DNA from: Armatimonadota bacterium
GTDB lineage: Bacteria; Armatimonadota; Fimbriimonadia; Fimbriimonadales; GBS-DC
DNA length: 64,000 nt
Assembly: GCA_037445735.1 (NCBI GenBank)
Contig: JBBIJY010000015.1
Span: forward strand, 1 to 64,000
Reading direction: 5' to 3'
The notes under the pieces: model-generated
Database searches by the model: none
Told to the model about the DNA's origin: nothing
Seen by the model: the letters and a program-made list of their open reading frames with translations, nothing else
Part shown: positions 1 to 9,086 of the stretch, one piece after another
How the letters are laid out: each line of letters begins with the position of its first letter
Numbering within the stretch: the stretch's first letter is position 1
Program-made: the position numbers and the translations under genes

Positions 1-60
1 TTGCATGTCTAAGGCACGCCGCCAGCGTTCGCCCTGAGCCAGGATCAAACTCTCCATCAG
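1..60 (-). rRNA. rrs: 16S rRNA gene, 5' end (runs off window start)
   Basis: Reverse complement reads AGAGTTTGATCCTGGCTCAG (27F site, 34..53) GGCGAACGCTGGCGGCGTGCCTTAGACATGCAA. Confidence 0.98.
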
Positions 61-114
61 AAAACGCAACCGTTTTCTGATCCTGGACGGCTCGCAAAGC
101 GCCTTACCTGCCCG

Positions 115-127
115 GTTTTCAAGGTGC
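115..127 (-). promoter_or_regulatory. boxA-like rrn antitermination element
   Basis: Minus strand GCACCTTGAAAAC in the rrn leader between promoter and 16S. Confidence 0.5.
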
Positions 128-174
128 ACATCCACAACTGCCGACCCTCTCCGCTGGAGCAATCGGCAGGGGAC

Positions 175-204
175 ATTATACCATGCCCCGAACGCTTTTG
201 TCAA
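175..204 (-). promoter_or_regulatory. rrn promoter P2 (sigma70)
   Basis: Minus strand TTGACA-18 nt-TATAAT with TG extended -10. Confidence 0.9.
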
Positions 205-292
205 GGGGTTCAGGGCTTTTCGCGCCTTTTTGCCCCGCCTTTCGACAGGGCTCCCGCCCGCTGGACTGTCCCCACCCCAGCAGGCGGGCTTT

Positions 293-323
293 AATATACC
301 ATGCGCCCTCCCCCCTTTGTCAA
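293..323 (-). promoter_or_regulatory. rrn promoter P1 (sigma70)
   Basis: Minus strand TTGACA-19 nt-TATATT with TG extended -10, about 118 bp upstream of P2. Confidence 0.75.
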
Positions 324-354
324 GGGGTCAGGGGGCTGCTCCAGAAAGAATACC

Positions 355-951
355 CTATCGGCTGCCACGTCGGGTCAGGGGCACACCTTGCTGGCACAGA
401 GGGCACCCGGACGGGTCAAAGCTTTCAGCGGGCAGGCGCAGGACGGCAGTGAGCGGATAACCAAAGTCGATGGGCTGCTCGGAGCGGTCAATCAGCACGC
501 CTATGCCCACCACCTGCACCTCATAGCGCTGCAAGAGGGTCAGCACCTCGCGGATGGAGGTACCTGTGGTCAGCACATCGTCCACCACCAGCAGGCGCAT
601 GCCTGGATCGGGTGCGCCATCGCGTCGGAAGGCGCGTCCGTCGCCCCCACGCTCGGCATAGAACGCACGCACCGCGAGCTGACGCGCCACCTCATACGCC
701 ACAATCACGCCACCCAGCGTCGGACCCACCACGCCGTCGATGTGCACAGCGCGAAACGGCGCCAGCATCCCGGCAACCGCTTCCATCAGCAGGTCGGGAC
801 GCTCCAGCAGGCGAAACTTCTCAAAGTAGACCGCGCTGTGCCGACCCGATGTGAGCAAAAAATGCCCCTGCAGAACCGCCCCGATACGCTCCAGAGTCTC
901 TATCGTCATCCCTCGAACGAATGCTCTCCCAGGCACGGTCTCTATCGGCAT
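355..951 (-). CDS. pyrE: Orotate phosphoribosyltransferase
   Basis: GHFLLTSGRHSAVY, VVGPTLGG and PRPP motif LLVVDDVLTTGTS; alternative in-frame ATG at 909. Confidence 0.95.
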   Translation of the reverse strand: MPIETVPGRAFVRGMTIETLERIGAVLQGHFLLTSGRHSAVYFEKFRLLERPDLLMEAVAGMLAPFRAVHIDGVVGPTLGGVIVAYEVARQLAVRAFYAERGGDGRAFRRDGAPDPGMRLLVVDDVLTTGTSIREVLTLLQRYEVQVVGIGVLIDRSEQPIDFGYPLTAVLRLPAESFDPSGCPLCQQGVPLTRRGSR

Positions 952-969
952 CACTCAAACGAATGCTCT
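896..969. repeat. Imperfect 32-bp direct repeat (42-bp period) at the panB/pyrE junction
   Basis: 896..927 gtctctatcgtcatccctcgaacgaatgctct vs 938..969 gtctctatcggcatcactcaaacgaatgctct, 29/32 identical. Confidence 0.9.
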
Positions 970-1751
970 GCTGTCGGGAAAAGCCCCTCCTGAACTTCCT
1001 GCGCGTATTGCTCCAGCGCCTGTCGAATCTGTTGCCCGACTTCGGCATAGCGTTTAGCATGCTTATAGGTGTGTTCAGTTAGCCCGATGATGTCGTGCAG
1101 CACCTGGATTTGCCCGTCGCAAAACGGTCCTGCACCGATGCCGATGGTGGGGATGGTGAGGCTTTCGGTGATGCGTCGGGCAAGCGAGGCAGGGATCAGC
1201 TCCAGCACCACGCTGAACGCGCCTGCTTCCTGCACGGCTTGCGCTGCCTGGAGCAACGCTTCGCCCGCCTGCTCTCCCCGCCCCTGAACGCGATAGCCGC
1301 CAAACTTGTGAAGCGATTGCGGCGTCATGCCCAGATGCGCCATCACGGGGATGCCGATATCGACCATCGCGCGAATGCTCTGCAGAACGGGTTCGGTCGC
1401 GCCCTCCAGTTTGACCGCTTCGGCGCCCGCCTGCATGAGCCACCCCGCATTATAGACCGCATCGGCAACCGACACACCGTAGCTCAGGAAGGGCATATCG
1501 ACCACCAGCAGCGCGCGCTGGATACCGCGCCGCACCGCTCGCAGATGATGCTCCATCTCCGCCAGCATTACGGGGAGCGTGGTCGCGTAGCCCAGCACCG
1601 TGTTGCCCACCGAATCGCCCACCAGCACCACATCGATGCCCGCCGCGTCCACCAGCTTCGCTGTGGGGTAGTCATAGGCGGTGATGGCGACAATTCGGCG
1701 TCCCTCCTGCTTCCAGCGGATGAGCGTGCGCGTCGTCACTTTGTCTGGCAT
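951..1751 (-). CDS. panB: 3-methyl-2-oxobutanoate hydroxymethyltransferase
   Basis: TAYDY, LVGDSVG, DMPFLSY, AVKLEG, HLGMTPQS, IGIGAG motifs. Confidence 0.97.
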   Translation of the reverse strand: MPDKVTTRTLIRWKQEGRRIVAITAYDYPTAKLVDAAGIDVVLVGDSVGNTVLGYATTLPVMLAEMEHHLRAVRRGIQRALLVVDMPFLSYGVSVADAVYNAGWLMQAGAEAVKLEGATEPVLQSIRAMVDIGIPVMAHLGMTPQSLHKFGGYRVQGRGEQAGEALLQAAQAVQEAGAFSVVLELIPASLARRITESLTIPTIGIGAGPFCDGQIQVLHDIIGLTEHTYKHAKRYAEVGQQIRQALEQYAQEVQEGLFPTAEHSFE

Positions 1752-1818
1752 GCTTTGATTTTACCCCGTAGACAGGCTCGGATTCGGCGCGAATCGAGTT
1801 ATAATAGGGCAGGCAGGT

Positions 1819-2415
1819 GTGAAGCGGATGGTGTGCTGGGATGGCAGCGATGTGAACGAGCTGGTTGGGCGCGCGCAGGCGGGCGACCAGGAAGCAGCAG
1901 AGTATCTGCTGAAGCTTTACCGACCGCTGGTGCTGGGCGTGGCGCGCAACTTTTTCCTGCCCAACAGTGAACCCGAAGATGTTCAGCAAATCGGCATGAT
2001 TGGCTTGTGGAAGGCAATCCTGCGCTATAATCCGTCGCGTCGGGCGTCGTTTCCGACCTTCGCGCGACTGTGTATTCGGCGCCAGATTCTGTCCGCCATC
2101 AAGCGAGCCGTGCACTCGTCCGTGCCAACAGTGGCGTTCCCTGAACCCTCCGAGCAGTCACGGAACTGGAGTGAGTGGGTGTATGACCCGATGCCCAGCC
2201 TGCTGGAGCAGCTGATGGCGCAGGAGAAGGCGTGCGGTGTGCTGCAGGAGTTGCAGGCGCGTCTCAGCCCGCTGGAAGCGCAGGTGCTGGCGCTCTACGG
2301 CAGAGGGCACAGCTATCGCCAGATTGCCGAGCAGATTGGCTGTTCCTGCAAGGCGGTGGATAACGCGCTGATGCGTATTCGGCGCAAGGCGGCACGCATG
2401 AAAAGCCCGGAGTGA
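1819..2415 (+). CDS. SigH-like sigma-70 family sigma factor
   Basis: AQAGDQEA, EDVQQIGMIGLWKAI, ASFPTFARLCIRRQILSAIK and LSPLE..SYRQIAEQI..KAVDNALMRIRRK typical of Spo0H/SigH; TATAAT just upstream. Confidence 0.85.
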   Translation: MKRMVCWDGSDVNELVGRAQAGDQEAAEYLLKLYRPLVLGVARNFFLPNSEPEDVQQIGMIGLWKAILRYNPSRRASFPTFARLCIRRQILSAIKRAVHSSVPTVAFPEPSEQSRNWSEWVYDPMPSLLEQLMAQEKACGVLQELQARLSPLEAQVLALYGRGHSYRQIAEQIGCSCKAVDNALMRIRRKAARMKSPE

Positions 2416-2416
2416 A

Positions 2417-2491
2417 TGGTGGGCCCGGCAGGATTCGAACCTGCAACCAAGCGGTTATGAGCCGCCCGCTCTGCCGTTGAGCTACGGGCCC
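2417..2491 (-). tRNA. tRNA with CAU anticodon, probably tRNA-Ile2 (lysidine-modified)
   Basis: GGGCCCGTAGCTCAACGGCAGAGCGGGCGGCTCATAACCGCTTGGTTGCAGGTTCGAATCCTGCCGGGCCCACCA; cloverleaf with encoded CCA; resembles ileX-type rather than Met tRNAs. Confidence 0.9.
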
Positions 2492-2619
2492 CCCAGCGCC
2501 ATTAAATATACCTCACAGAGGGGCTTTTTGCACCTGCTTCCACCCTCCCTCATGCTGGGAGAGGGTTCCAATCATCCCCTCTCCCTTCTGGGGGGCAGGC
2601 ACACGGGTCTGCGCCCGCT

Positions 2620-3540
2620 CTAATCTACCACGAACACGACCTTCAGCTGCTTCAGGAAGCCCGTGCGCGCATCTTCTGTCAGCAGCTTGGCAGCGTCGGC
2701 ATCGCTGATGACCACATCGGTGGTGGCAACCGCGCGGCGATAGACCCCTATCGGGCGGATAATCAGCGGGTTAGCACCCGCGCGCGCATCGGCCCGCGCC
2801 GCGTTCATGTCGCGATAGTACGCCGCCAGCCCCTTCTGCACCACCAGATCGGGGTCAACAGCGCCCGTGCCGTAAAGCACCGTGCCGTCCGCTTTCAGGA
2901 TGCGCGGTGCCATCGCTGGCTGAACCTTCAGCCCCCGCGCATCGATAATCAGCCCCGTGTAGGTGCCCTCCGCTGTCAGCTCGGCGGGCGCGGGCGTGTT
3001 GGGCGCCTGCAGCTCGATGCGCGGTAATGCAGGTTCCGTCACGGCAGGCGGTGCAGTGGGCTTCAGCAAGAGACGGCTCAAACCGCGCTGACCATACATC
3101 AGCGTGCCGACCGTCACCTGAACCGCCTCCTGACCCTCGATAAGGATTTTGCGCTCCTCAACGACCTGCGCCCCGCGAATGAAGCCATTAATGGAGGCGC
3201 GGATCTGCTCGTCCTGCGCGATGTAGTCCGCGCCGACGAACTGGGCATCGATCTGCACGCGGTCGATGAGCATCAGCAGGTTCGCCAGCGCGTCGAGTCG
3301 GGCATAGCCGCGCGCCTTAAGATAGGCACGGGCACGGTTCGATTCCTCGCGCGGCATCAAGCCGACACCTGTGGCGGTCAGCATGCCGTCCGTCCAGTTA
3401 ATCGCGCCGACATCATACACCTCGATATAGCCGCTGCCGTTGGGCGGAACCGTCTTACCGCCGCTTTGCGCGTGGCACAGCGGGCTTGCTATTAGAAGCA
3501 GCAGCCACAGATGGTTTCGTACGCCTCTTCGCATCGTCAT
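2620..3540 (-). CDS. Secreted LPP20-like family protein
   Basis: Signal peptide; INW..GMLTATGVG, ARGYARLDALANL, YTGLIIDARGL..PAMAPRI..G.VLYG pattern; AAGGAGG RBS. Confidence 0.6.
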   Translation of the reverse strand: MTMRRGVRNHLWLLLLIASPLCHAQSGGKTVPPNGSGYIEVYDVGAINWTDGMLTATGVGLMPREESNRARAYLKARGYARLDALANLLMLIDRVQIDAQFVGADYIAQDEQIRASINGFIRGAQVVEERKILIEGQEAVQVTVGTLMYGQRGLSRLLLKPTAPPAVTEPALPRIELQAPNTPAPAELTAEGTYTGLIIDARGLKVQPAMAPRILKADGTVLYGTGAVDPDLVVQKGLAAYYRDMNAARADARAGANPLIIRPIGVYRRAVATTDVVISDADAAKLLTEDARTGFLKQLKVVFVVD

Positions 3541-4462
3541 TTGCCTCCTTCACTGTGGGTTTGCTGGAACTCGCTACTCGGTCAAGCAGCTGGTCAATCC
3601 AGAGGGTGGCGAGGTTGGTTCGCCAGTTGCTGTCGGGTTCGGTGACGGCTTTGCGGATGGCGCGGTGGATGGCTTCGCGGTCGCTGGTGAAGCTGATTGC
3701 GCTCGCCTCCCGCTGCGCAAGCAGGGTTGGAGTGCGTTCACCGGGCGCCAGCGCCTGCAGGCGGAGGCGCACCTTCCAGCTGGCGAACAGGTCGCCCAGC
3801 GCGTAGGGCGCGTCCGTGTCGCCCCACCGCTTGAGTGGCTCCACCGACAGATCGGCAATCAGCTGCCAGTGGCCTGGGCGTCCCGCCCAGGCGCGATCCA
3901 GTGCGACACCTCCGCCGTGCAGCATCTGGCTCTGCAGGGGGCGCACGCCCATCGCGTTCAGCTCGCCCGTCAGCATCGCCTGTAATGCGCGGCGGGCGAC
4001 CGCTTCGAAGGCTGGCTCGCCTGCATAGCGAATCTGCACGTTCAACGGCGGATGACCGACGGTCTGCCACACTTCGCGCCAGTCGTCAGCGGTCTGCAGC
4101 TGGCTGACGGGCACGATTTCGGCGCGCACGCGCAGGCGCACGCAGCCGTCCGCCACACGCGGCTCGCTCAGCGGTTGCCAGCGCAGAACGATGCCCTGCA
4201 CGAAGGCGATTTGCGCCGAGCGTTGCAGCACCCCGTCGCGACCCTGTTCGAAGCGTGCCAGCCGCACGCCACAGGCGCTCTCAATCGCCTGCAGGAGCGC
4301 ATCGCGGATCGCCTCCCGAACCGCCTGCTCATACGGCTTACGCCATTCGGCGACGCCCTCCGCCTCCACCGCCACCGGCTGAAGGCGCGTGCCGTCCGTT
4401 GTGAAAGGCGCCATCCCGCTGATGAGTATCACACCGAACAGCAGGCAGAGCGCGATTCTCAT
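3455..4462 (-). CDS. Secreted protein with FlgT N-terminal-like domain
   Basis: Signal peptide then VAVEAEGVA..EQAVREAIRDALLQAIESACGV..VRLRVRAEI; 3' end overlaps next gene. Confidence 0.55.
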   Translation of the reverse strand: MRIALCLLFGVILISGMAPFTTDGTRLQPVAVEAEGVAEWRKPYEQAVREAIRDALLQAIESACGVRLARFEQGRDGVLQRSAQIAFVQGIVLRWQPLSEPRVADGCVRLRVRAEIVPVSQLQTADDWREVWQTVGHPPLNVQIRYAGEPAFEAVARRALQAMLTGELNAMGVRPLQSQMLHGGGVALDRAWAGRPGHWQLIADLSVEPLKRWGDTDAPYALGDLFASWKVRLRLQALAPGERTPTLLAQREASAISFTSDREAIHRAIRKAVTEPDSNWRTNLATLWIDQLLDRVASSSKPTVKEANDDAKRRTKPSVAAASNSKPAVPRAKRR

Positions 4463-5445
4463 GGCGATTCGCCCTCCGTCGGCTGCTCGCGCTTTTCGAG
4501 CGCTTTGAGCAGGTTATAGAGCAGGGCGGCGAGCCGCTCGCGCGTGAGCGGCATGGCGCGTGCGCTCTCCCAGCCCACGATGCCCTGCGCCCAGTCGGGA
4601 ATATCCAGATACGAGGCGCGCTGCGAGGGCAATCGCGCCGCGCACAGCCGCGATAGCAGCAGCACCGCCTGACCCCGACTGACCGTGCTGCCCGGATCGG
4701 ACGGCTGATAGTCGATGTAGGTGCCGAAACGCGCCTGCAATCGCTGGAGCAGCGCGGCGAAGTAGCAGGCGGACACGGGTTCGTCGGGGCGAAAGGTTCC
4801 ATCGGGATAGAGGCGCATCCAGCCCTGCTCCAGGATCGCGTCGATGTGCCAGCGGTAGGGACTATGCTCGTAGTCGCGCAGGTTGCGCGCGGGCGGAACG
4901 CCCTCATCGGGCAGCGGCTCGATGCGGAAGTCGACGGGCAGGGTGCTGCCCGTGAGCCGTCGATGCATCCGTTCGGCGGCGCGTTGCGCCAGAATCGGCC
5001 ACTCGCCCCGCGCCCCACTGACCAGCTCCATCCCACCCGTCAGCACGGCGCCCGTGCGCACATCGAGGCAGCTGAGTTCAATCTGCAGGCGGCTCTCATC
5101 GACGCTGATGCGCCCGACCAGCAGCCAGTTCGCCGACGGCAACGGCGGGACGGACGATTTTTCTGAATCGCCTGCCAGCCCCGTTTCGCGCAGGCGCTGC
5201 TCCTGCAAAAGCGCCCGCGACTGCAACCGATCGGCAATCTGCAGGCGCGAAGATAAACTCAGCGTCTGCACCACCTGCTGGCGCACCTGCTCCACCAGCA
5301 TTGCATCGTTGCCCTCGAACGCGCCAATCGCCAGCGTGAACTTGCCATTTTGCGACCCGCCCAGGCACACAACCCCCGCAAGGCTCATCAGCAAGGCAAT
5401 CCGCCGCACGCGCCCGATAGGGACACGCCGATTCCCAGCGCCCAT
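4459..5445 (-). CDS. CsgG/FlgO-like domain plus SLH-like domain protein
   Basis: TLAIGAFEG..LQIADR..LLQEQRL..ANWLLVGRI..LDVRTG (CsgG/TolB-N fold), then YRWHIDAILEQGWMRLYPDGTFRPDEPVS (SLH motif). Confidence 0.65.
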   Translation of the reverse strand: MGAGNRRVPIGRVRRIALLMSLAGVVCLGGSQNGKFTLAIGAFEGNDAMLVEQVRQQVVQTLSLSSRLQIADRLQSRALLQEQRLRETGLAGDSEKSSVPPLPSANWLLVGRISVDESRLQIELSCLDVRTGAVLTGGMELVSGARGEWPILAQRAAERMHRRLTGSTLPVDFRIEPLPDEGVPPARNLRDYEHSPYRWHIDAILEQGWMRLYPDGTFRPDEPVSACYFAALLQRLQARFGTYIDYQPSDPGSTVSRGQAVLLLSRLCAARLPSQRASYLDIPDWAQGIVGWESARAMPLTRERLAALLYNLLKALEKREQPTEGESP

Positions 5446-5517
5446 CGCGATTCACCCCTGATTTAGACGATTCGCCCGAAGGTTTGATTCTCCTGCTGGT
5501 CGACTCCCGATGCGCCC

Positions 5518-5546
5518 GTAACGCAACTCTGCTCACCCGCGTCTAA
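5518..5546 (+). promoter_or_regulatory. Putative ECF sigma promoter
   Basis: GTAAC-17 nt-CGTCTAA upstream of the VIT/VWA gene; same AAC-n17-CGTCTAA at 56972..57000. Confidence 0.55.
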
Positions 5547-5572
5547 CTCGTGGCAACAGAAGGAGGCATGCT

Positions 5573-7825
5573 ATAGGACGAGTGGCAACAATCGGGCTGA
5601 TGTGGCTGGTCGCGCTCGCGCCGATGGGAGCGCAGGGCATCCTGATCCCCTCTGACGATACCCCGCCCGACCATCGGATTATCGAGCAGCGGCCGTTCCG
5701 CATCAAAGAGCAGATCGTGTGGGTGAGCATTCGCGATAACCTCGCCGAGACGACGATCGAGCAGCTGTTTATCAACGAGTCCGCGGCGCCGCAGGAGGCG
5801 GAATACTGGTTCCCTGTGCCGCGCGATGCGGCTGTCAGCCGTTTCACGATGGTGGTGGGCGATAAGGAGGTTCAGGCGCGGCTGCTGCCGGTGGACGAGG
5901 CGCGACGCATCTATGAGAGTTATGTGCGGCGTCGGCGCGATCCCGCGCTGCTGGAATTCGCCGGGCAGGGTCTGTTGCGGGCGCGGGTGTTCCCCGTTCC
6001 CGCGAAAGGCACATGCCGCATCCGCCTGAGCTACGCCGAGACGCTGCGCCGTGAAGGCGCCGCCACGCGCTACCTGCTGCCCCTGCGGGCGACCCGTGCC
6101 CAGATGCGTCCGATAGAGCGCGTGCACCTGCAGATCGAACTGCGCACCAGCAAGCCACTGGTCAGCCTCTACACGCCGTCGCACCCCGATGCATGGGCGC
6201 AACGCGAGGGCGTGAACCGCGCCCGAATCGAATGGGAAGGACGGAACCTCATCCCCGAACGCGAACTCCGGCTCTACTTCACCACCACCGCCGACCCGTA
6301 CGACCTGCAGGTGTTCACCTATCGCACCAGCGGCGATGGCTACTTCCTGGTCCTGTTTACGCCCAGCCCCGAACGGCGCACCGAGCGGCTGCCCAAGCAT
6401 CTGGTGTTCGTGCTGGATCGCACGGGCAGCATGGCAGGCGCGAAACTGGAGCAGGCGAAAGCAGCCCTCCAGTATTGCCTGAACAATCTCCAGCCCGACG
6501 ATAAGTTCAACCTTATCGTTTTCAACGAGCAGCCGATCGTGCTGTTTGAGACGCTGATGCCCGCCACGCGCGCGAATGTGCAGCAGGCGCTCCGCACGAT
6601 TGAGGGGCTGGATGCGCGCGGCGGCACGAACATTTTAGACGCTTTGCGTGAGGCGTTCCGCTGCCTGCCCATCGAGCGCACGCCCGCCCTGCGAGCCGTT
6701 GTGTTCCTCACCGACGGCTTGCCCACCGTCGGCGAGACGAACCCCGAGCGCATCCTGCAAGCCGTGCGCGAGCTGAACGAGCAGCGCGAGATACGGCTCT
6801 TCACCTTCGGCGTCGGCTACGATGTGAATGTGCAACTGCTCGACAGGCTCTGCGAGCAGAATCGCGGCACGCCCGAATATGTGCGCCCCGAAGAGAACAT
6901 CGAGACCAGACTGGCGCGCTTCTCTGACCGAATCAACCTGCCGCTGCTGACCGATTTGCGCCTCACGCTGGAGGGCGTTCAGGCGTACGACATCTACCCC
7001 GCCGCGCTGCCTGACCTGTTTGAGGGCGACCAGCTGGTGATTATGGGGCGCTATCGGGGCAGCGGACGCGCCGTCATAACGCTGGAGGGGCGCGCCCGCG
7101 AACGCCTGCAACGCCTCAGCCAGACCGTCCAGCTCCCCCACTACGCCGACACGATGGACTTCATCCCGCGCCTGTGGGCTATTCGCAAGGTCGGCTACCT
7201 GATCGACCAGTGGCGCCTGCACCAGAACGAGGAGGTGCGTGCCGAGATCATTCGCCTCGCCCGCGAATACGGTATCGTCACCGAGTTCACCGCGTTCCTC
7301 ATCGACGAGGATATGATCCTGGCGCAGGAGGCGGATATCCGATTCAGGGGCGATCAGGTGCTGGGCGCAGCCCGCGCGTCGTCCGTCATGGGCAAGTCGG
7401 CGGTTGATCAGAGCCAGCGGGCGCAGTCGCTCCAGCGGGCAGGCGCAGGCGGCTTCGGCAGCGCACCCGGCGCTCCTGCCACTCAGACCGGCGAATCGAT
7501 CCAGCTGTACTACGGCAACGCCCATCTGCCGCAAGCAATCGCCCAGCAGGCTGCCCAGCGCGTGCGCCATATCGGCGACCGCACCTTCTATCAGAAGGGC
7601 ACGCAGTGGATCGACAGCCGCTATAAGCCCGACGAGCAGCTGCCCGTACTCCAGATCGCGCCCTACAGCGACGCCTATTTTGAGCTGCTGCGTCGCCAGC
7701 CGAAGCTGCAGCGATACCTCGCGCTGGGCGAGGAGGTCATCCTGCGGCTCGAAAAGGCAGTGGTGCAGATCACGCCTTCGGGCAAAAGCCAGCTCAGCGC
7801 ACGCGAATGGGAGCTGATACGGTAG
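5573..7825 (+). CDS. Secreted VIT + von Willebrand A domain protein
   Basis: VIT region (AETTIEQLFIN..EAEYWFPVP), MIDAS DRTGSM, GGTNI, FLTDG, FTFGVG; start either ATA 5573 (6 nt after AGGAGG) or GTG 5582. Confidence 0.9.
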   Translation: MGRVATIGLMWLVALAPMGAQGILIPSDDTPPDHRIIEQRPFRIKEQIVWVSIRDNLAETTIEQLFINESAAPQEAEYWFPVPRDAAVSRFTMVVGDKEVQARLLPVDEARRIYESYVRRRRDPALLEFAGQGLLRARVFPVPAKGTCRIRLSYAETLRREGAATRYLLPLRATRAQMRPIERVHLQIELRTSKPLVSLYTPSHPDAWAQREGVNRARIEWEGRNLIPERELRLYFTTTADPYDLQVFTYRTSGDGYFLVLFTPSPERRTERLPKHLVFVLDRTGSMAGAKLEQAKAALQYCLNNLQPDDKFNLIVFNEQPIVLFETLMPATRANVQQALRTIEGLDARGGTNILDALREAFRCLPIERTPALRAVVFLTDGLPTVGETNPERILQAVRELNEQREIRLFTFGVGYDVNVQLLDRLCEQNRGTPEYVRPEENIETRLARFSDRINLPLLTDLRLTLEGVQAYDIYPAALPDLFEGDQLVIMGRYRGSGRAVITLEGRARERLQRLSQTVQLPHYADTMDFIPRLWAIRKVGYLIDQWRLHQNEEVRAEIIRLAREYGIVTEFTAFLIDEDMILAQEADIRFRGDQVLGAARASSVMGKSAVDQSQRAQSLQRAGAGGFGSAPGAPATQTGESIQLYYGNAHLPQAIAQQAAQRVRHIGDRTFYQKGTQWIDSRYKPDEQLPVLQIAPYSDAYFELLRRQPKLQRYLALGEEVILRLEKAVVQITPSGKSQLSAREWELIR

Positions 7826-7878
7826 AATCAGTACAGGAGTTGCACCCGTCCCCACAGGCGGGTGAGGATTGAAACCGG

Positions 7879-9069
7879 ATGAAATATGTGCTGATCGTGC
7901 CGGATGGCATGGCGGACTGGCGGTTGCCGGAGCTGGACGGGCGCACACCGCTGATGGCGGCGCGCACGCCCCATCTGGACGCGCTCGCCCGTCAATCGCT
8001 GATTGGCGCCGTGCTGACCGTGCCATCCGGCATGTACCCTGGCAGCGATGTGGCGAACATGGCGCTGTTAGGCTATGACCCGCGCATTTATTACACGGGG
8101 CGGGGTCCCCTTGAAGCCGCCGCGATGGGCGTGCCATTAGAGTCGCGCGATGTCGCCTTCCGCTGCTCGCTCATCAGCACCGACGGCAGCACCCTGCTGG
8201 ACTACAGCGGTGGCGGCATCCCCACCGACGACGCCCGAACCCTTATCGAACTGCTGGAGCAGAAACTCAGCACGCCGCGCATTCACTTCTTCCCCGGCGT
8301 CGGCTACCGCCATGTGATGCGCTGGAGCGACGGTCCCGATGAACTTCACTGCACACCGCCCCACGAAATCGTGGGTCAGCCCCTGAAAGCGCACTACCCG
8401 CGCGGCGATGGCGAGCAGACCCTGCGCCAGCTGATGGAAGACTCGTTCGAACTGCTCGATGCGCACCCCATCAACCAGCGGCGGCGCGACGAGGGCAAAC
8501 TGCCCGCCAATATGGTCTGGTTCTGGGGTCAGGGTCGCGCACCGCGACTGGAGCCGTTCAGCCTGCGGTGGGGCATCACGGGCGCGGTCGTCGCCGCCGT
8601 CGATCTGGTCAAGGGGCTGGGCGTGCTGACAGGGCTGGAGGTGCCCCGCGTGCCCGGCGCAACGGGCTACATCGACACCGACTATCGCGCCAAAGGCGAA
8701 TACACCCTGCGCATGCTGGAAAAGCACGACTTCGTGTACACGCACATCGAAGCGCCCGATGAAGCGGGGCATCACGGCGATATCGAGGCAAAAATCTGGG
8801 CGATTGAGCAGATTGACCGCCATATCGTGGGCACGGTGGTGGAGGGACTGCAGGCGCGGGGCGAACCGTTCCGCCTGATGGTCGTGCCCGACCATTTCAC
8901 ACCCATCGCCAGACGCACGCACGCCGAAGGCGCCGTGCCCTTCCTGCTCTACGATTCACAGAACCCGCGCCCGAACCGCCTGCCCTACGACGAATCGGTG
9001 CTGGAAGAGTCGAGCATCCCCTTCATCGCGGAGGGATACCGCCTGATTGAGCAACTCCTGCGTGCTTAA
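7879..9069 (+). CDS. apgM: Cofactor-independent phosphoglycerate mutase, archaeal/ApgM type
   Basis: MKYVLIVPDGMAD, PGSDVANMALLGY, YTGRGPLEA, HIEAPDEAGH, VPDHFTP. Confidence 0.88.
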   Translation: MKYVLIVPDGMADWRLPELDGRTPLMAARTPHLDALARQSLIGAVLTVPSGMYPGSDVANMALLGYDPRIYYTGRGPLEAAAMGVPLESRDVAFRCSLISTDGSTLLDYSGGGIPTDDARTLIELLEQKLSTPRIHFFPGVGYRHVMRWSDGPDELHCTPPHEIVGQPLKAHYPRGDGEQTLRQLMEDSFELLDAHPINQRRRDEGKLPANMVWFWGQGRAPRLEPFSLRWGITGAVVAAVDLVKGLGVLTGLEVPRVPGATGYIDTDYRAKGEYTLRMLEKHDFVYTHIEAPDEAGHHGDIEAKIWAIEQIDRHIVGTVVEGLQARGEPFRLMVVPDHFTPIARRTHAEGAVPFLLYDSQNPRPNRLPYDESVLEESSIPFIAEGYRLIEQLLRA

Positions 9070-9086
9070 GTTCTCTTCCCTATCCG

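Noticed and set aside
56-81. 11-bp hairpin at the 16S 5' boundary as a separate ncRNA
   Set aside because: Most simply part of the rRNA leader/processing structure
2417-2620. tRNA as integration site for an island
   Set aside because: No integrase and no duplicated tRNA 3' end noticed; same for tRNA-fMet at 51349
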